Positions 49,520-59,026 of a stretch of 64,000 bases of DNA are shown here, piece after piece; position 1 is the first letter of the stretch, and every line of letters starts with the position of its first letter. The translations under genes and the position numbers were made by a program. Origin of the DNA: Candidatus Poribacteria bacterium. Lineage in GTDB: Bacteria > Poribacteria > WGA-4E > WGA-3G. The stretch lies in the NCBI GenBank assembly GCA_964291315.2, contig OZ219750.1:224001-288000 (forward strand), written 5' to 3'. Under the pieces are notes generated by a model. The model was not told where the DNA came from. It saw only the letters and a program-made list of their open reading frames with translations, and searched no databases.

Positions 49520-50761
49520 ATGCCCCGGACTTTTGAACTACCTCATTTCTACCATAGTCCCATTATTTCTGTAGTAAAACACGCCCGCCGGGAAGTTGAT
49601 GTCCGGAAGCGTGATCTTTCACCTACGGTGTTGGATTTTGGACCTGTCCGCTTTAAAATAGCTCGTCATTTCGGTTTCTGTTACGGGGTTGAAAATGCCA
49701 TTGAAATTGCTTACCGAGCGTTGGCAGAAAATCCGGACAAACGTATTTTTTTGTTGTCCGAGATTATTCACAATCCCCACGTGAACGAAAATTTAAGGGA
49801 GCGCGGGGTGCAGTTTCTGATGGATACCGCTGGTACCTTCCTGCTGCCTTTCGATATTTTAAGGTCTGATGATGTCGTTATTGTCCCGGCTTTTGGGACG
49901 ACACTTGAGGTGGAGCAGGCTCTTAGGGAGAGAGGTGTTACTCTTACTGCTTATAATACGACTTGTCCGTTTGTTGAAAAGGTTTGGCGGCGGAGTGAAG
50001 AGATTGGCAGGCAGGATTACACCGTCGTTATTCACGGAAAACGGTATCATGAGGAAACACGCGCGACGTTTTCCCACGCCCAAGCTAGTGCTCCGGTCGT
50101 CGTTATTCGGGACCTTGAGGAGGCACAAGCTTTAGCAAAGGTCATATCCGCTGAAGAAGGAACTGCCTTCTTCTTTGAAAAGTTCGCTGATCGTTTTTCC
50201 CCGGGGTTCGATCCTGCTATTCATCTCAAGCGCATCGGTGTTGTTAATCAAACCACGATGCTTGCTTCCGAGACAGAAGCGATTGCGGATTTGTTGCGTG
50301 ACACAATCAGGGAAACATACGCAGACGCCGAAGTATCGACACATTTTGCTGATACAAAAGACACCCTCTGTTATGCGACAAAAGAAAACCAAGATGCCAC
50401 CCTCGCTCTCATTGCCGATGGGGGGGATACAGCAGTTGTTGTTGGTGGGTATAACTCTTCTAATACAAGCCATCTTGTCGAGCTCTGTCAACAGTATCTT
50501 CCGACCTATTTTGTCCGGAATGCAGACGAGTTGATCAGCCCTACGCAAATTCGTCACCTTGACTTAGAAACGAAAACCGTGCGGATTACAGCAAAATGGC
50601 TCTTTCAGACAACCGAGGTTTCAAAATTAGAAACGCCTGTCGATATTGTGTTGACTGCCGGTGCCTCTTGTCCCGATGTTTTGCTCGATGAGGTATTGCG
50701 GAAAATCGTTGGGTGGTTTCCAAGCACGCATTCTGTTGAAAAAGTTTTGGGCGCTTTATAG
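49520..50761 (+). CDS. ispH: 4-hydroxy-3-methylbut-2-enyl diphosphate reductase
   Basis: FGFCYGV, IIHNP, TTCPFV, NQTT, DTLCYAT, NSSNT, TAGASCP. Confidence 0.96.
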   Translation: MPRTFELPHFYHSPIISVVKHARREVDVRKRDLSPTVLDFGPVRFKIARHFGFCYGVENAIEIAYRALAENPDKRIFLLSEIIHNPHVNENLRERGVQFLMDTAGTFLLPFDILRSDDVVIVPAFGTTLEVEQALRERGVTLTAYNTTCPFVEKVWRRSEEIGRQDYTVVIHGKRYHEETRATFSHAQASAPVVVIRDLEEAQALAKVISAEEGTAFFFEKFADRFSPGFDPAIHLKRIGVVNQTTMLASETEAIADLLRDTIRETYADAEVSTHFADTKDTLCYATKENQDATLALIADGGDTAVVVGGYNSSNTSHLVELCQQYLPTYFVRNADELISPTQIRHLDLETKTVRITAKWLFQTTEVSKLETPVDIVLTAGASCPDVLLDEVLRKIVGWFPSTHSVEKVLGAL

Positions 50762-50790
50762 CGCACTTTAGATATCTGTTCTGTAAATCT

Positions 50791-51897
50791 CTATAGTCTT
50801 GATAAAGCTTTCAATAATACCGAAGTTTGTGAGGGTGTGCCGACACTAATTCGGACATGGTTGCGCAGGTGTGGTGTATTAAAATATCGGATAAGAATCC
50901 CCTGTTCAGCTAACGCTGTCTTTAATTTCGCCGCATTTCTTCCAGTGACCTGTGATAGGATGAAGTTTGCTTCGCTTGGATACGGTTCCAAAAAGTCAAT
51001 TTTCTGCAATTCTTGATAAAGTCGTCCACGTTCTTCTACAATTTTTTTTACGTTATTTCTTAAGTAATCCACATCCGACAAGGAAACGAGGGCGGCTATT
51101 GCCGCGGCGACGTTTACATTGTACGGTTGCTTAATTTTCAATAGATGTGTGAGTATCCACTTGGGAACGATACCGTATCCTACTCGCAGTCCTGCCAGTC
51201 CTGCCCATTTACTGAATGTCCGCAGCACAATCAGGTTTTCATGTTCTAATACCCAATCCGCGCAGCTCTGTCCACTAAATTCAATATAAGCTTCGTCTAG
51301 CACAACAATCAGCGGAAGCTGAAGCAGCTGTCGAAGGCACCCCTCATCGAGCATCCGGCCGTCAGGATTGTTAGGGCTTGTGATAAAGATGATTTTGGTG
51401 TTTCTATCTTTATGCGCAAGTTCAACTATCGATTCTGTGTCTAACGAGAAGTTTTCTTTTCGATCAATCTCAATTGTTTTTCCTCCGTTAAGTTCTGTGT
51501 CGAAACTGTACATTCCAAACGTTGGCGGGCAGTTAATGACAGCATCACCAGGGGCGATGAATAACCTAATTATGAGGTCAATTAATTCGTCTGCCCCGTG
51601 TCCAACAATGATGTGGGTCGCGTCAATACCTATATGGTCGCTTAGCGCCTGACGGAGCGATATACTCTCTGGATCTGGATATATATGATAATAAGTTTCG
51701 TTTGCTAGTGCTTGATATACACGCGGTGAAGGCCCATAAGGGTTCTCATTCGCATCAAGTTTAATGATGTTTTCAGGGGCAATACCGAGTCGTCTGCTGA
51801 GGACATCAAACGGAACGATCGGTGTATAGGATGCTATGTCTGCAATATCTGATCGAATGAGGTTTTTATATTTTTTATCTACTATTTTTAAGGACAT
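50791..51897 (-). CDS. hisC: Histidinol-phosphate aminotransferase
   Basis: KLDANENPYGP, YPDP, SPNNP.G, DEAY, RTFSKWAGLAGLRVGY. Confidence 0.95.
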   Translation of the reverse strand: MSLKIVDKKYKNLIRSDIADIASYTPIVPFDVLSRRLGIAPENIIKLDANENPYGPSPRVYQALANETYYHIYPDPESISLRQALSDHIGIDATHIIVGHGADELIDLIIRLFIAPGDAVINCPPTFGMYSFDTELNGGKTIEIDRKENFSLDTESIVELAHKDRNTKIIFITSPNNPDGRMLDEGCLRQLLQLPLIVVLDEAYIEFSGQSCADWVLEHENLIVLRTFSKWAGLAGLRVGYGIVPKWILTHLLKIKQPYNVNVAAAIAALVSLSDVDYLRNNVKKIVEERGRLYQELQKIDFLEPYPSEANFILSQVTGRNAAKLKTALAEQGILIRYFNTPHLRNHVRISVGTPSQTSVLLKALSRL

Positions 51898-51911
51898 TTT
51901 TGTGTTGATGG

Positions 51912-52991
51912 TTATTGGTTCGGTTGTGGTGAAGTCCGTACTTCAACTGCTTTCGGGGTCAACGCGCCGAGGGGAGATTCCCCTTTCAGCACACGCACGA
52001 AATCGTCTGCGGTCATATCTGCCACACGTAAATTGGAGTCTTTGGTTCTACCAGCAATATGTGGTGTATGGACAACATTATCTCGATCTCGTAATTCGTC
52101 ATCAACAGGCACTGGTTCGATATCGTAGACGTCGAAGGCCCCGGCGAGTTCATCCTTTACGATCCGTTCCCGCAGTGCTTCCATATCTACGGCATGGGCG
52201 CGTGTAATCACAACAACTAAGCTTCCTCTCCGCAGGTGATAGATTCGTTCTCTATTTAATAGATGCCGCGCTGATGGAGTCGGGGGTACCGCGACGAACA
52301 CAATATCAGCCCAGTCAGCGATCGTGTCCATGTCAGTACGTTGCACATTCCATTCTTCGAGGAGTGTGTCCGGGACGTACGGATCAAAACCCATCACTGT
52401 TGCCCCGAAAACTCTGCACCATTTCGCTATTTTTCCACCAATCTGTCCGAGACCGATCACTGCCACTTTCTTGGTGCCAAGGTCCCCGTTGACAAAGTCC
52501 GGATCATCACAGAATTGGTGTGCAACGGGGAGTTTAGTACTTCCCCATATCGGATTTTCCCAATCCCAGAGCGTCTCCCGGTCTGCCATCTTTTTGTGCC
52601 ATTGGGTTGTCCGCCGCAGCGCTGACAAAGCGAGCCCGAAGGCGCATTCTGCGACTGATTGCGCCCATGCTCGCGTTGATTCAATGACAGGGATGCCGCG
52701 CGCCTGAAGTGCCTGATATGGAATACCATGTCCAGAATTATCTGTCATGGCTCCAAGCACTTTGAGTTTTGGGGCTGCTGCGATGCATGCTTCTGTCAGG
52801 TTTCCACCGAAGTGAGATATTCCGATTGTTTCGTTTAAATCAATTTGTTCATGGATTGGGTCTCGGCTGTCAGTATTAAGAACGAGCGTTATCCCTAGTT
52901 CTTCTAACCGGCTTACCATCTGTTCGTGTACAAAGGGCCAAGAAATCTCTAAGTTAGGATAACGCGTGAATACAAATTCAGGGCTTATCAT
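51912..52991 (-). CDS. D-isomer-specific 2-hydroxyacid dehydrogenase family protein
   Basis: SVAE, GLGQIG, DVYDIEP, TPHIAG. Confidence 0.9.
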   Translation of the reverse strand: MISPEFVFTRYPNLEISWPFVHEQMVSRLEELGITLVLNTDSRDPIHEQIDLNETIGISHFGGNLTEACIAAAPKLKVLGAMTDNSGHGIPYQALQARGIPVIESTRAWAQSVAECAFGLALSALRRTTQWHKKMADRETLWDWENPIWGSTKLPVAHQFCDDPDFVNGDLGTKKVAVIGLGQIGGKIAKWCRVFGATVMGFDPYVPDTLLEEWNVQRTDMDTIADWADIVFVAVPPTPSARHLLNRERIYHLRRGSLVVVITRAHAVDMEALRERIVKDELAGAFDVYDIEPVPVDDELRDRDNVVHTPHIAGRTKDSNLRVADMTADDFVRVLKGESPLGALTPKAVEVRTSPQPNQ

Positions 52992-53044
52992 AAATTTTCT
53001 TTTCCTTTAACGCCAGTGAGCTATCAACTCTTGGTGACTCACGC

Positions 53045-53067
53045 GTTGCAAACAAAAGGTTTGCAAC
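53045..53067. terminator. Stem-loop downstream of the GH2 gene
   Basis: GTTGCAAAC-AAAAG-GTTTGCAAC, a perfect 9-bp inverted repeat; no strong U-tract. Confidence 0.4.
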
Positions 53068-53078
53068 AACTACGTCGT

Positions 53079-55871
53079 TTATTGAGTGCTGATAGCCGGC
53101 TGCCGATAGTTAATGCGCAGATGTGGTCCTGTGGGGTATCTCCCTAGGCGTGCACCGTAGAGTGCAAGGCCTCCTTTCGCTTCAGCATCTGCTTTCACTT
53201 CATAACGGATTGTTAATGGGTCTGCGTTTTCATTCAAAACCAAAGATGTATCGAGTTTGATATTATGAAGGTATCCGTAGATACCGGGTTGCCCGTGGAT
53301 GTAAGAGAGCACCCCACGGGCATCCGCTGGGCAATCTGGAATTCGGATTGTGTCAATTTCAACGCCGTTAGCTGAGATCGTCACGTCCGAGGGGTGTTTC
53401 TCTGGTTCTGTTTGCCGCGCCCCGCCGTCCGAGCTGGAGGCTTCGAAGATAAGTTCCAGCTCGGTAACATCTGCTGTATTAATTCCTTCTGGCAGTGCTA
53501 TCTCATATTCGCAGTAACCTTTTCCGACCGCAGAGAAAAGTTGTTCACTCCTTGTCGGTTTTTCCCAAGAAAATGCGGACGTATTGCCAGGGGCATAGTT
53601 AACAGAAACTGATTTTGAATCACTTGATTCAACCAGCGAGGTTTCTGCTACAAAATGCTCGAAGTTGATAAAGTTACGGGTGACAACGGTTCCTGTAGAA
53701 TCTGTTACCCAGATGTGCAATGTGCCAACTGCCGGATGGATATGGGGTGCTACAAGTTCTAATTCATGCACCCGCTTCACCTGATATTGTGGGAATGGAA
53801 TCTCAGTGCTTCCTGAGACGTACCCCCGTGTAACGTGTCCGGTTGCTGACATCACGTCTAGTTGCCAATGGAGGGTTGTACCCGTAATCGTTTTGTGTGA
53901 AAAATGGCTTGCGTAGATGTCGGTCTTTATTCGTTCCCCTGGAACGACCGTTTTGCCGGGTGGGTAGTCGATAGCGATAAAGTCAAGGGCATTGATATCC
54001 AGAGAGTTGTATCCGAATTCCTTTATCGACCGATCATAATTCATGAAGCCGTTGTGTTCCCATTCGATGTCTTGTAGTTCTGTGTAGACATAACCACAGA
54101 TTTTCGGATGGAGACGAAGTTCATTAGTAAGATATTTGAAGCACCAAGATATATCCTTATCACCTGCCCCAGCTGAGATCCCGCCATATTCACTGTTAAT
54201 CAGCGGTGCATCTGTTTGTATATTACCGCCGACGTAGTTAAATGTTGAGCCTGGATACGTCTTTTCTACGACGTTCGCTATGTGTTTTTTCGCTTGTTCA
54301 TAATCATTAATATAGAAGTGCCATGAGTTGATTTCGGTTTCCACATGGTCATACAGACATGGCGAGTTGTCCTCTATCAGGCGTGTGCCATCTAATGCTT
54401 TGGCAAGGTGGTACATCTTTCGTACCCATTCTTGTCGCTCAGGCATTTCTTTGTATTTTCTGCCGCCGAGTCCCCAAGTTTCGTTGAAATTGCACCAGGA
54501 GATGATAGAGGGGTGATTGTAATCGCGCGCGATCGTTCCGCGGAGTGTCTTCTCAAACCTTGTTTGTGCTTTATCCGTATAATTTCCGAAGTTGGGGATG
54601 TCGCACATAAAGAGCATACCTAGCTTATCGGCCCAGTAGTAGAGGCGGGGTTCGTCCACTTTGATATGCAAACGTAGAAAGTTGAATCCGAATTCCTTTG
54701 CCCTTTGGATGTCCGTTCGAATTGCTTCGTCTGTGAGGAAAGTGTAAACGCCTTCCGGGTTGAAAGACTGATTGAGGGCTCCAAGTAGGTAGATAGGCCG
54801 GTTATTGAGATATATATACTGATAGTCGGCACCTGGGGCTTTTGCAACAGAAACTTTCCGCATCCCAAAGTAGGTGAAAACTCTATCGATGACGGATTCC
54901 CCAGATATTAGCATCAGTGTGACATTATAGAGGTAAGGTGTTTCCACGTCCCAAAGGTGCAGGTGTTCTCGCGGGATGTTAATGAGAATTTCATAAGATG
55001 GATTTGTAGTCTCGGATTCCTCTGTTCGTTTTCCACTAGTTTTTACTGCAGTGCTACCGTTAAAAATAGTAGCCGTTGTTTCCACAGGAGAAACGCACTG
55101 CCAGTTAAGCGTGGTTCCTGCACTTATTTCTCCGTCAATTTTGACATCAAAAGTGGCGGTGCTATTGTCAATATCTGGTGTGATAAGGCATTCTTTTATA
55201 TATGTAGCGTTTCTGGGCTCAAGGTAGACGGTTTGCCAAATACCGCTGGTGCGAGCGTACCAACCTATCTGTTTTCCGGCGAGTTGTTCGCCATGGTCTT
55301 GAGCATCATAAGCACGAACGACGATGCAGGTCGGTTCCCCAGGTGTAAGTGCCTCTGTGATGTCAAGTTCGAACGGTAGGTATCCATTTTCATGTTCATC
55401 GATATATTCCCCGTTTATCCAGACTTTTGCGTGCCAATCCACTGCGCCGAATGTCAGTATTGTCCGTTTTCCGGTCCATGTTTCTGGAACAGATACAGTT
55501 TTACGGTACCACCCGATAGTATGTCGCGGTGCTTCGCGGTAGTTGCCGCTGCGTTCAATGCCTCCATAGGTGACCTCTTCAGGGGTTAGATAGGCATTTT
55601 TGCTCAGGTAGTTTTTGTTGTCCGCTTGTTTTTCTTTTCCCCATGCTGCGAGGCTTTCCCAAGGGTAGGGAACTTGTATTTGTAATGTCCACGGGGAATC
55701 GGAAGTTAGTTTCGGGGCAAACCAATGATCTTGTTCGCCTGCGTCGTCTGGATCAAAAGCGAATTCCCATGGACCGTTGAGGCATATCCAGTCAATACCT
55801 TCTGATGTTCCACGCTGAAAGTCTGGACGCGGATACTCTGGGCGGGGTATGTCTGTGTTACTTCTTGTCAT
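53079..55871 (-). CDS. Glycoside hydrolase family 2 (beta-galactosidase/glucuronidase-like)
   Basis: PRPEYPRP, LNG.WEF, FGAVDW, SGIWQTVYLE, NHPSII.W..FNE, NSEYGG. Start ATG 55871. Confidence 0.92.
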   Translation of the reverse strand: MTRSNTDIPRPEYPRPDFQRGTSEGIDWICLNGPWEFAFDPDDAGEQDHWFAPKLTSDSPWTLQIQVPYPWESLAAWGKEKQADNKNYLSKNAYLTPEEVTYGGIERSGNYREAPRHTIGWYRKTVSVPETWTGKRTILTFGAVDWHAKVWINGEYIDEHENGYLPFELDITEALTPGEPTCIVVRAYDAQDHGEQLAGKQIGWYARTSGIWQTVYLEPRNATYIKECLITPDIDNSTATFDVKIDGEISAGTTLNWQCVSPVETTATIFNGSTAVKTSGKRTEESETTNPSYEILINIPREHLHLWDVETPYLYNVTLMLISGESVIDRVFTYFGMRKVSVAKAPGADYQYIYLNNRPIYLLGALNQSFNPEGVYTFLTDEAIRTDIQRAKEFGFNFLRLHIKVDEPRLYYWADKLGMLFMCDIPNFGNYTDKAQTRFEKTLRGTIARDYNHPSIISWCNFNETWGLGGRKYKEMPERQEWVRKMYHLAKALDGTRLIEDNSPCLYDHVETEINSWHFYINDYEQAKKHIANVVEKTYPGSTFNYVGGNIQTDAPLINSEYGGISAGAGDKDISWCFKYLTNELRLHPKICGYVYTELQDIEWEHNGFMNYDRSIKEFGYNSLDINALDFIAIDYPPGKTVVPGERIKTDIYASHFSHKTITGTTLHWQLDVMSATGHVTRGYVSGSTEIPFPQYQVKRVHELELVAPHIHPAVGTLHIWVTDSTGTVVTRNFINFEHFVAETSLVESSDSKSVSVNYAPGNTSAFSWEKPTRSEQLFSAVGKGYCEYEIALPEGINTADVTELELIFEASSSDGGARQTEPEKHPSDVTISANGVEIDTIRIPDCPADARGVLSYIHGQPGIYGYLHNIKLDTSLVLNENADPLTIRYEVKADAEAKGGLALYGARLGRYPTGPHLRINYRQPAISTQ

Positions 55872-56018
55872 GTTTTCCTTTTTATGGGTTGTTGGTTGTA
55901 TCAGCTGCGTAGTACTTGAATCACACAAGGTCTTTTAAGCATTAACCAATATACCATAAATCGTTTCTTTTTCCAATTTTTTTATTAATGCCTTGTGCTC
56001 ATTAATTTTTTATAATCT

Positions 56019-56259
56019 TTTGTTGAAGGCTGCGAAATGTGCAATGGCAGAACGACGTGTCGGAGTCTGAAGTGCGCGGAACCCCTGTGCTGGAAATAAC
56101 GCATGTGGATGCCAAAACACCACCGGTTGGTGTACCAGAGATAATACCAAAATAAGAAAAAGTTGTGAATGCTATGTCTCTGGAAACAGTTGCTCAAGAC
56201 GAACGGGAACAACAACCTGCATCGGTCGAAGTACATGCAGTGCAGGACAGTGTAGATAA
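56019..56259 (+). pseudogene. Frameshifted cysteine-rich peptide (14 Cys in ~80 codons)
   Basis: 56019-56078 FVEGCEMCNGRTTCRSLKCA, then +1 frame 56080-56259 NPCAGNNACGCQNTTGWCTRDNTKIRKSCECYVSGNSCSRRTGTTTCIGRSTCSAGQCR*. Confidence 0.5.
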
Positions 56260-56361
56260 ACAAGTACACCAGGAATGTATGAAAAAACCGGCAACCTACC
56301 TTGCTTGTTTAGTTAAAAAGAGCTATGATTTAGGAAACCACTTCCTAGCCCACTTCATTCT

Positions 56362-56500
56362 GTTAGGAGCTCTGACCCGAAGATCACCATACTCTTTACG
56401 AGCTGTAGGAGCTTCCCAATCGTTGCGGTTACATAGGTATTTTTCATACGCATTTCTCCTATTTTATATTTTCGCGTTGTAGGAGCCCTGGTCGCTCCTC
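56362..56500. repeat. Cluster of degenerate GTAG-type REP-like units
   Basis: GTTAGGAGC at 56362, GTAGGAGC at 56405 and 56479; the last forms an AGGAGC/GCTCCT hairpin (56481-56499). Confidence 0.5.
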
Positions 56501-56539
56501 TCTCAAGTTATAGACTATTTTTTCAATAATTTCAAGTAG

Positions 56540-56662
56540 CCCGGTTTAATGTAGAAATTAGCAGTGATTAGCTTGCGCCGTTGTAGGTTTCGGTCCCAAC
56601 GCTCGGCAACTATAACAAATGGTATCACATCACTAAGGACGGGTTTTGGATTGGCAAGACAA
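56540..56662 (-). ncRNA. Candidate structured sRNA of unknown family
   Basis: Nested imperfect hairpin 56540-56643 directly downstream of a minus-strand TTGACA-17-TACTCT promoter; no credible CDS. Confidence 0.35.
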
Positions 56663-56668
56663 GCGCTC

Positions 56669-56736
56669 AGAGTAGCAGCAGCTAATGGGTGTGTCAAGTA
56701 AATAATTTTGACAATTTCGGAAAAATCTATTATAAT
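56669..56736. promoter_or_regulatory. Back-to-back sigma70 promoters
   Basis: Plus: perfect TTGACA (56708)-17-TATAAT (56731). Minus: TTGACA (56697-56692)-17-TACTCT (56674-56669) with TG extension. Confidence 0.75.
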
Positions 56737-56918
56737 ATTAGAATAGATCACATTGTTTCCGAAGTCTTAGCTAAGATGGCATAAGTTGTGAGGTTTGGTG
56801 TCGGTATCAAAATGATCTTCGTCTGTGACGGAGTGTGTCGAACTATACTATTAGGTTTAAAAGTTTCGTTTACAAGTCTATATGTTCTTAGAAATTTTAG
56901 GGCTGCAGGAGTGCAATT

Positions 56919-57632
56919 TTGTTTGTTGGAAGTCTTGCATCTTCAAAACCACACATCCATATTGCTCCATCGGTGATGTGCGCCGATTTGTGTAACTTGG
57001 AAGCCGACATTCGGGAATTAGAAGTAGCTGGTATTGACATGTTGCATGTTGACTTGATGGATGGGCATTTCGTTCCGAATATGCCGATAGGCCTTGTGCT
57101 TATTCAGCAGTTGCGTCTCAAAACAGACCTCGCTTTTGACATTCACCTTATGGTGGAAAACAACGATTTTTTTGTCGAGGCAGTTGCGGAAATTGGTGTG
57201 CAACAGATAGCCGTTCACGTTGAGTCATCGACACATCTTGATAGAACCTTAGCTCTGGTTCGAACGTACGGAATTAAAGCAGGAGTCGCGCTGAACCCTG
57301 CTACTCCACTTTCTGTGTTGGATTACGTTCTTGATCGGCTCGATTTTGTGCTGATTATGACAGTGAATCCTGGGTTTGCCGGGCAGAAGATGGTGCCGGC
57401 AACGCTCCGAAAAATTGCGGAATGTCGTGCTTTTTTGGATAGGCGTGGAACCGAGCTGCTAATTGAAGTTGACGGCAACGTTAGTTTCGAGAATATCCCC
57501 AAAATGGTGTCTGCGGGTGCTGACATCTTAGTCGGCGGCACTAGTAGTGTGTTTCACAAGTCTGGTTCACGAGCGGAAAACATCCGGCGGACTCAGCAGG
57601 CGATCGCCTTGGGAATCGCTGAGAGGTTTTAA
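56919..57632 (+). CDS. rpe: Ribulose-phosphate 3-epimerase family (Rpe/AlsE-like)
   Basis: IAPS, HVDLMDGHFVPN, DIHLMV, MTVNPGFAGQ, EVDG, GAD.LV.G. Confidence 0.85.
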   Translation: MFVGSLASSKPHIHIAPSVMCADLCNLEADIRELEVAGIDMLHVDLMDGHFVPNMPIGLVLIQQLRLKTDLAFDIHLMVENNDFFVEAVAEIGVQQIAVHVESSTHLDRTLALVRTYGIKAGVALNPATPLSVLDYVLDRLDFVLIMTVNPGFAGQKMVPATLRKIAECRAFLDRRGTELLIEVDGNVSFENIPKMVSAGADILVGGTSSVFHKSGSRAENIRRTQQAIALGIAERF

Positions 57633-57798
57633 AGGACTGAATTTAATCGGGGCCGATGGGGTTTCGGGGCGAATTGTATTGTCTTTTCGGGTTTCTAGTT
57701 AGTTCCTGAAAAGTCTTTTTGCGGCGTAAAAAGGTTTCTTAGCAATTTTAGAAGGGCTTTGGCGAAGGAAGCCCTATCTAAAGTAATCGATAAATATA

Positions 57799-58854
57799 AT
57801 GGAAGCACTTGTTCTGCACGGCATTGGAGATTTACGATTAGATCAGATTGCTGTACCACATCTTGCTGAGGGGATGGTCCGCGTCCGAATCGGTTTCTGT
57901 GGGGTTTGTGGTTCCGATATACCAAGAATTTTTGTCAAAGGCACTTATAGTTTCCCCACAGTTTGCGGACACGAACTTTCTGGCATTGTTGACGCGTGTG
58001 GTCCCGGCGTTTGTGGTTTTTCTCCGAGCGATCTTGTCGTTGTTTTTCCGCTTTTCTGGTGTGGTAAGTGTTCAGCGTGTGAACATGGGAAATATGTCCA
58101 GTGTCACGACTACGACTATCTCGGTTCCCGGAGCGATGGTGCCTTCGCTGAATATGTCGTTGTGCCGCAACAAAATTTGATACTTGTTCCAGCGGGCGTA
58201 ACACTTGAAGAAGCTTCGATGACAGAGCCAGCTGCAGTTGCTCTACATGCTCTCCGTCGGGTTCAAACGTCACTTGTTGGAAAGACTGTTGCTATCTTTG
58301 GGGCGGGCCCCATCGGGTTAATGACTGCGCAGTGGGCAAGGATCATGGGGGCAGCGGAGATATTTCTCTTTGACATCGTTGCTGAAAAATTGGTGCTTGC
58401 AGAGGGATTGGGTTTCGAAAAGGTTTTTAATAGTACAAGGGAAGATCCGGTTGAAGTCGTGAACATACATACTGATGGAAAGGGTGCGCATGTCTGTGTC
58501 GAGGCTGCAGGGGTCCCGACTACCTATCGCGATGCCCTCAACAGTGTCGGGCGCGGCGGTTGTGTTGTGTTCCTCGGTAACCCTGATACAGATGTGACAC
58601 TATCTGCGGAACTTCTATCACAATTGATGCGGCGTGAGGTGAGTATTTTCGGAACATGGAATTCCGATTATAGTGCTGCAGGTAACGACGATGACTGGAG
58701 TACCGTACTTCAAGCGATGGCTTCTGGTATGCTAACGCTTATGCCCCTAATAACGCATAAAGTACCATTGGTAGATGGTGCTGACATCTTGCATAAAATG
58801 AGAGACAAAAGCGAATTTTACGCAAAGGTTTTGATTCATCCATCGGAGGTATAG
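57799..58854 (+). CDS. Zinc-dependent dehydrogenase, galactitol-1-phosphate 5-dehydrogenase-like
   Basis: CGSD, GHE, C..C..C.......C, GSRSDGAFAEY, GAGPIG, GTWNS. Confidence 0.85.
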   Translation: MEALVLHGIGDLRLDQIAVPHLAEGMVRVRIGFCGVCGSDIPRIFVKGTYSFPTVCGHELSGIVDACGPGVCGFSPSDLVVVFPLFWCGKCSACEHGKYVQCHDYDYLGSRSDGAFAEYVVVPQQNLILVPAGVTLEEASMTEPAAVALHALRRVQTSLVGKTVAIFGAGPIGLMTAQWARIMGAAEIFLFDIVAEKLVLAEGLGFEKVFNSTREDPVEVVNIHTDGKGAHVCVEAAGVPTTYRDALNSVGRGGCVVFLGNPDTDVTLSAELLSQLMRREVSIFGTWNSDYSAAGNDDDWSTVLQAMASGMLTLMPLITHKVPLVDGADILHKMRDKSEFYAKVLIHPSEV

Positions 58855-59026
58855 CGGTCCGCGATCAGGGTATTCCCCGCCCGTTCTTTCAGCAATTAGT
58901 TTTAACGGTTCGGAGTTTTACATAAAGGGTCCTTTGGGGCGATTACTTCGGGCTAATCTATATCGCTCCTATGATGGATATAAGTGATTAAAAACTATTC
59001 CTCTGATGGCTGACCACTATTAAAAT

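Noticed and set aside
55985-56482. ORFs 55985-56269 (-) and 56165-56482 (+)
   Set aside because: No recognisable motifs; they overlap the Cys-rich frame and the REP-like repeats.
56570-56615. Pistol or hammerhead ribozyme
   Set aside because: Minus-strand ATAG-TTGC..AGCG-TTG...GCGCAA resembles part of pistol, but the pseudoknot strand and P1 are missing, and there is no CUGANGA hammerhead core.
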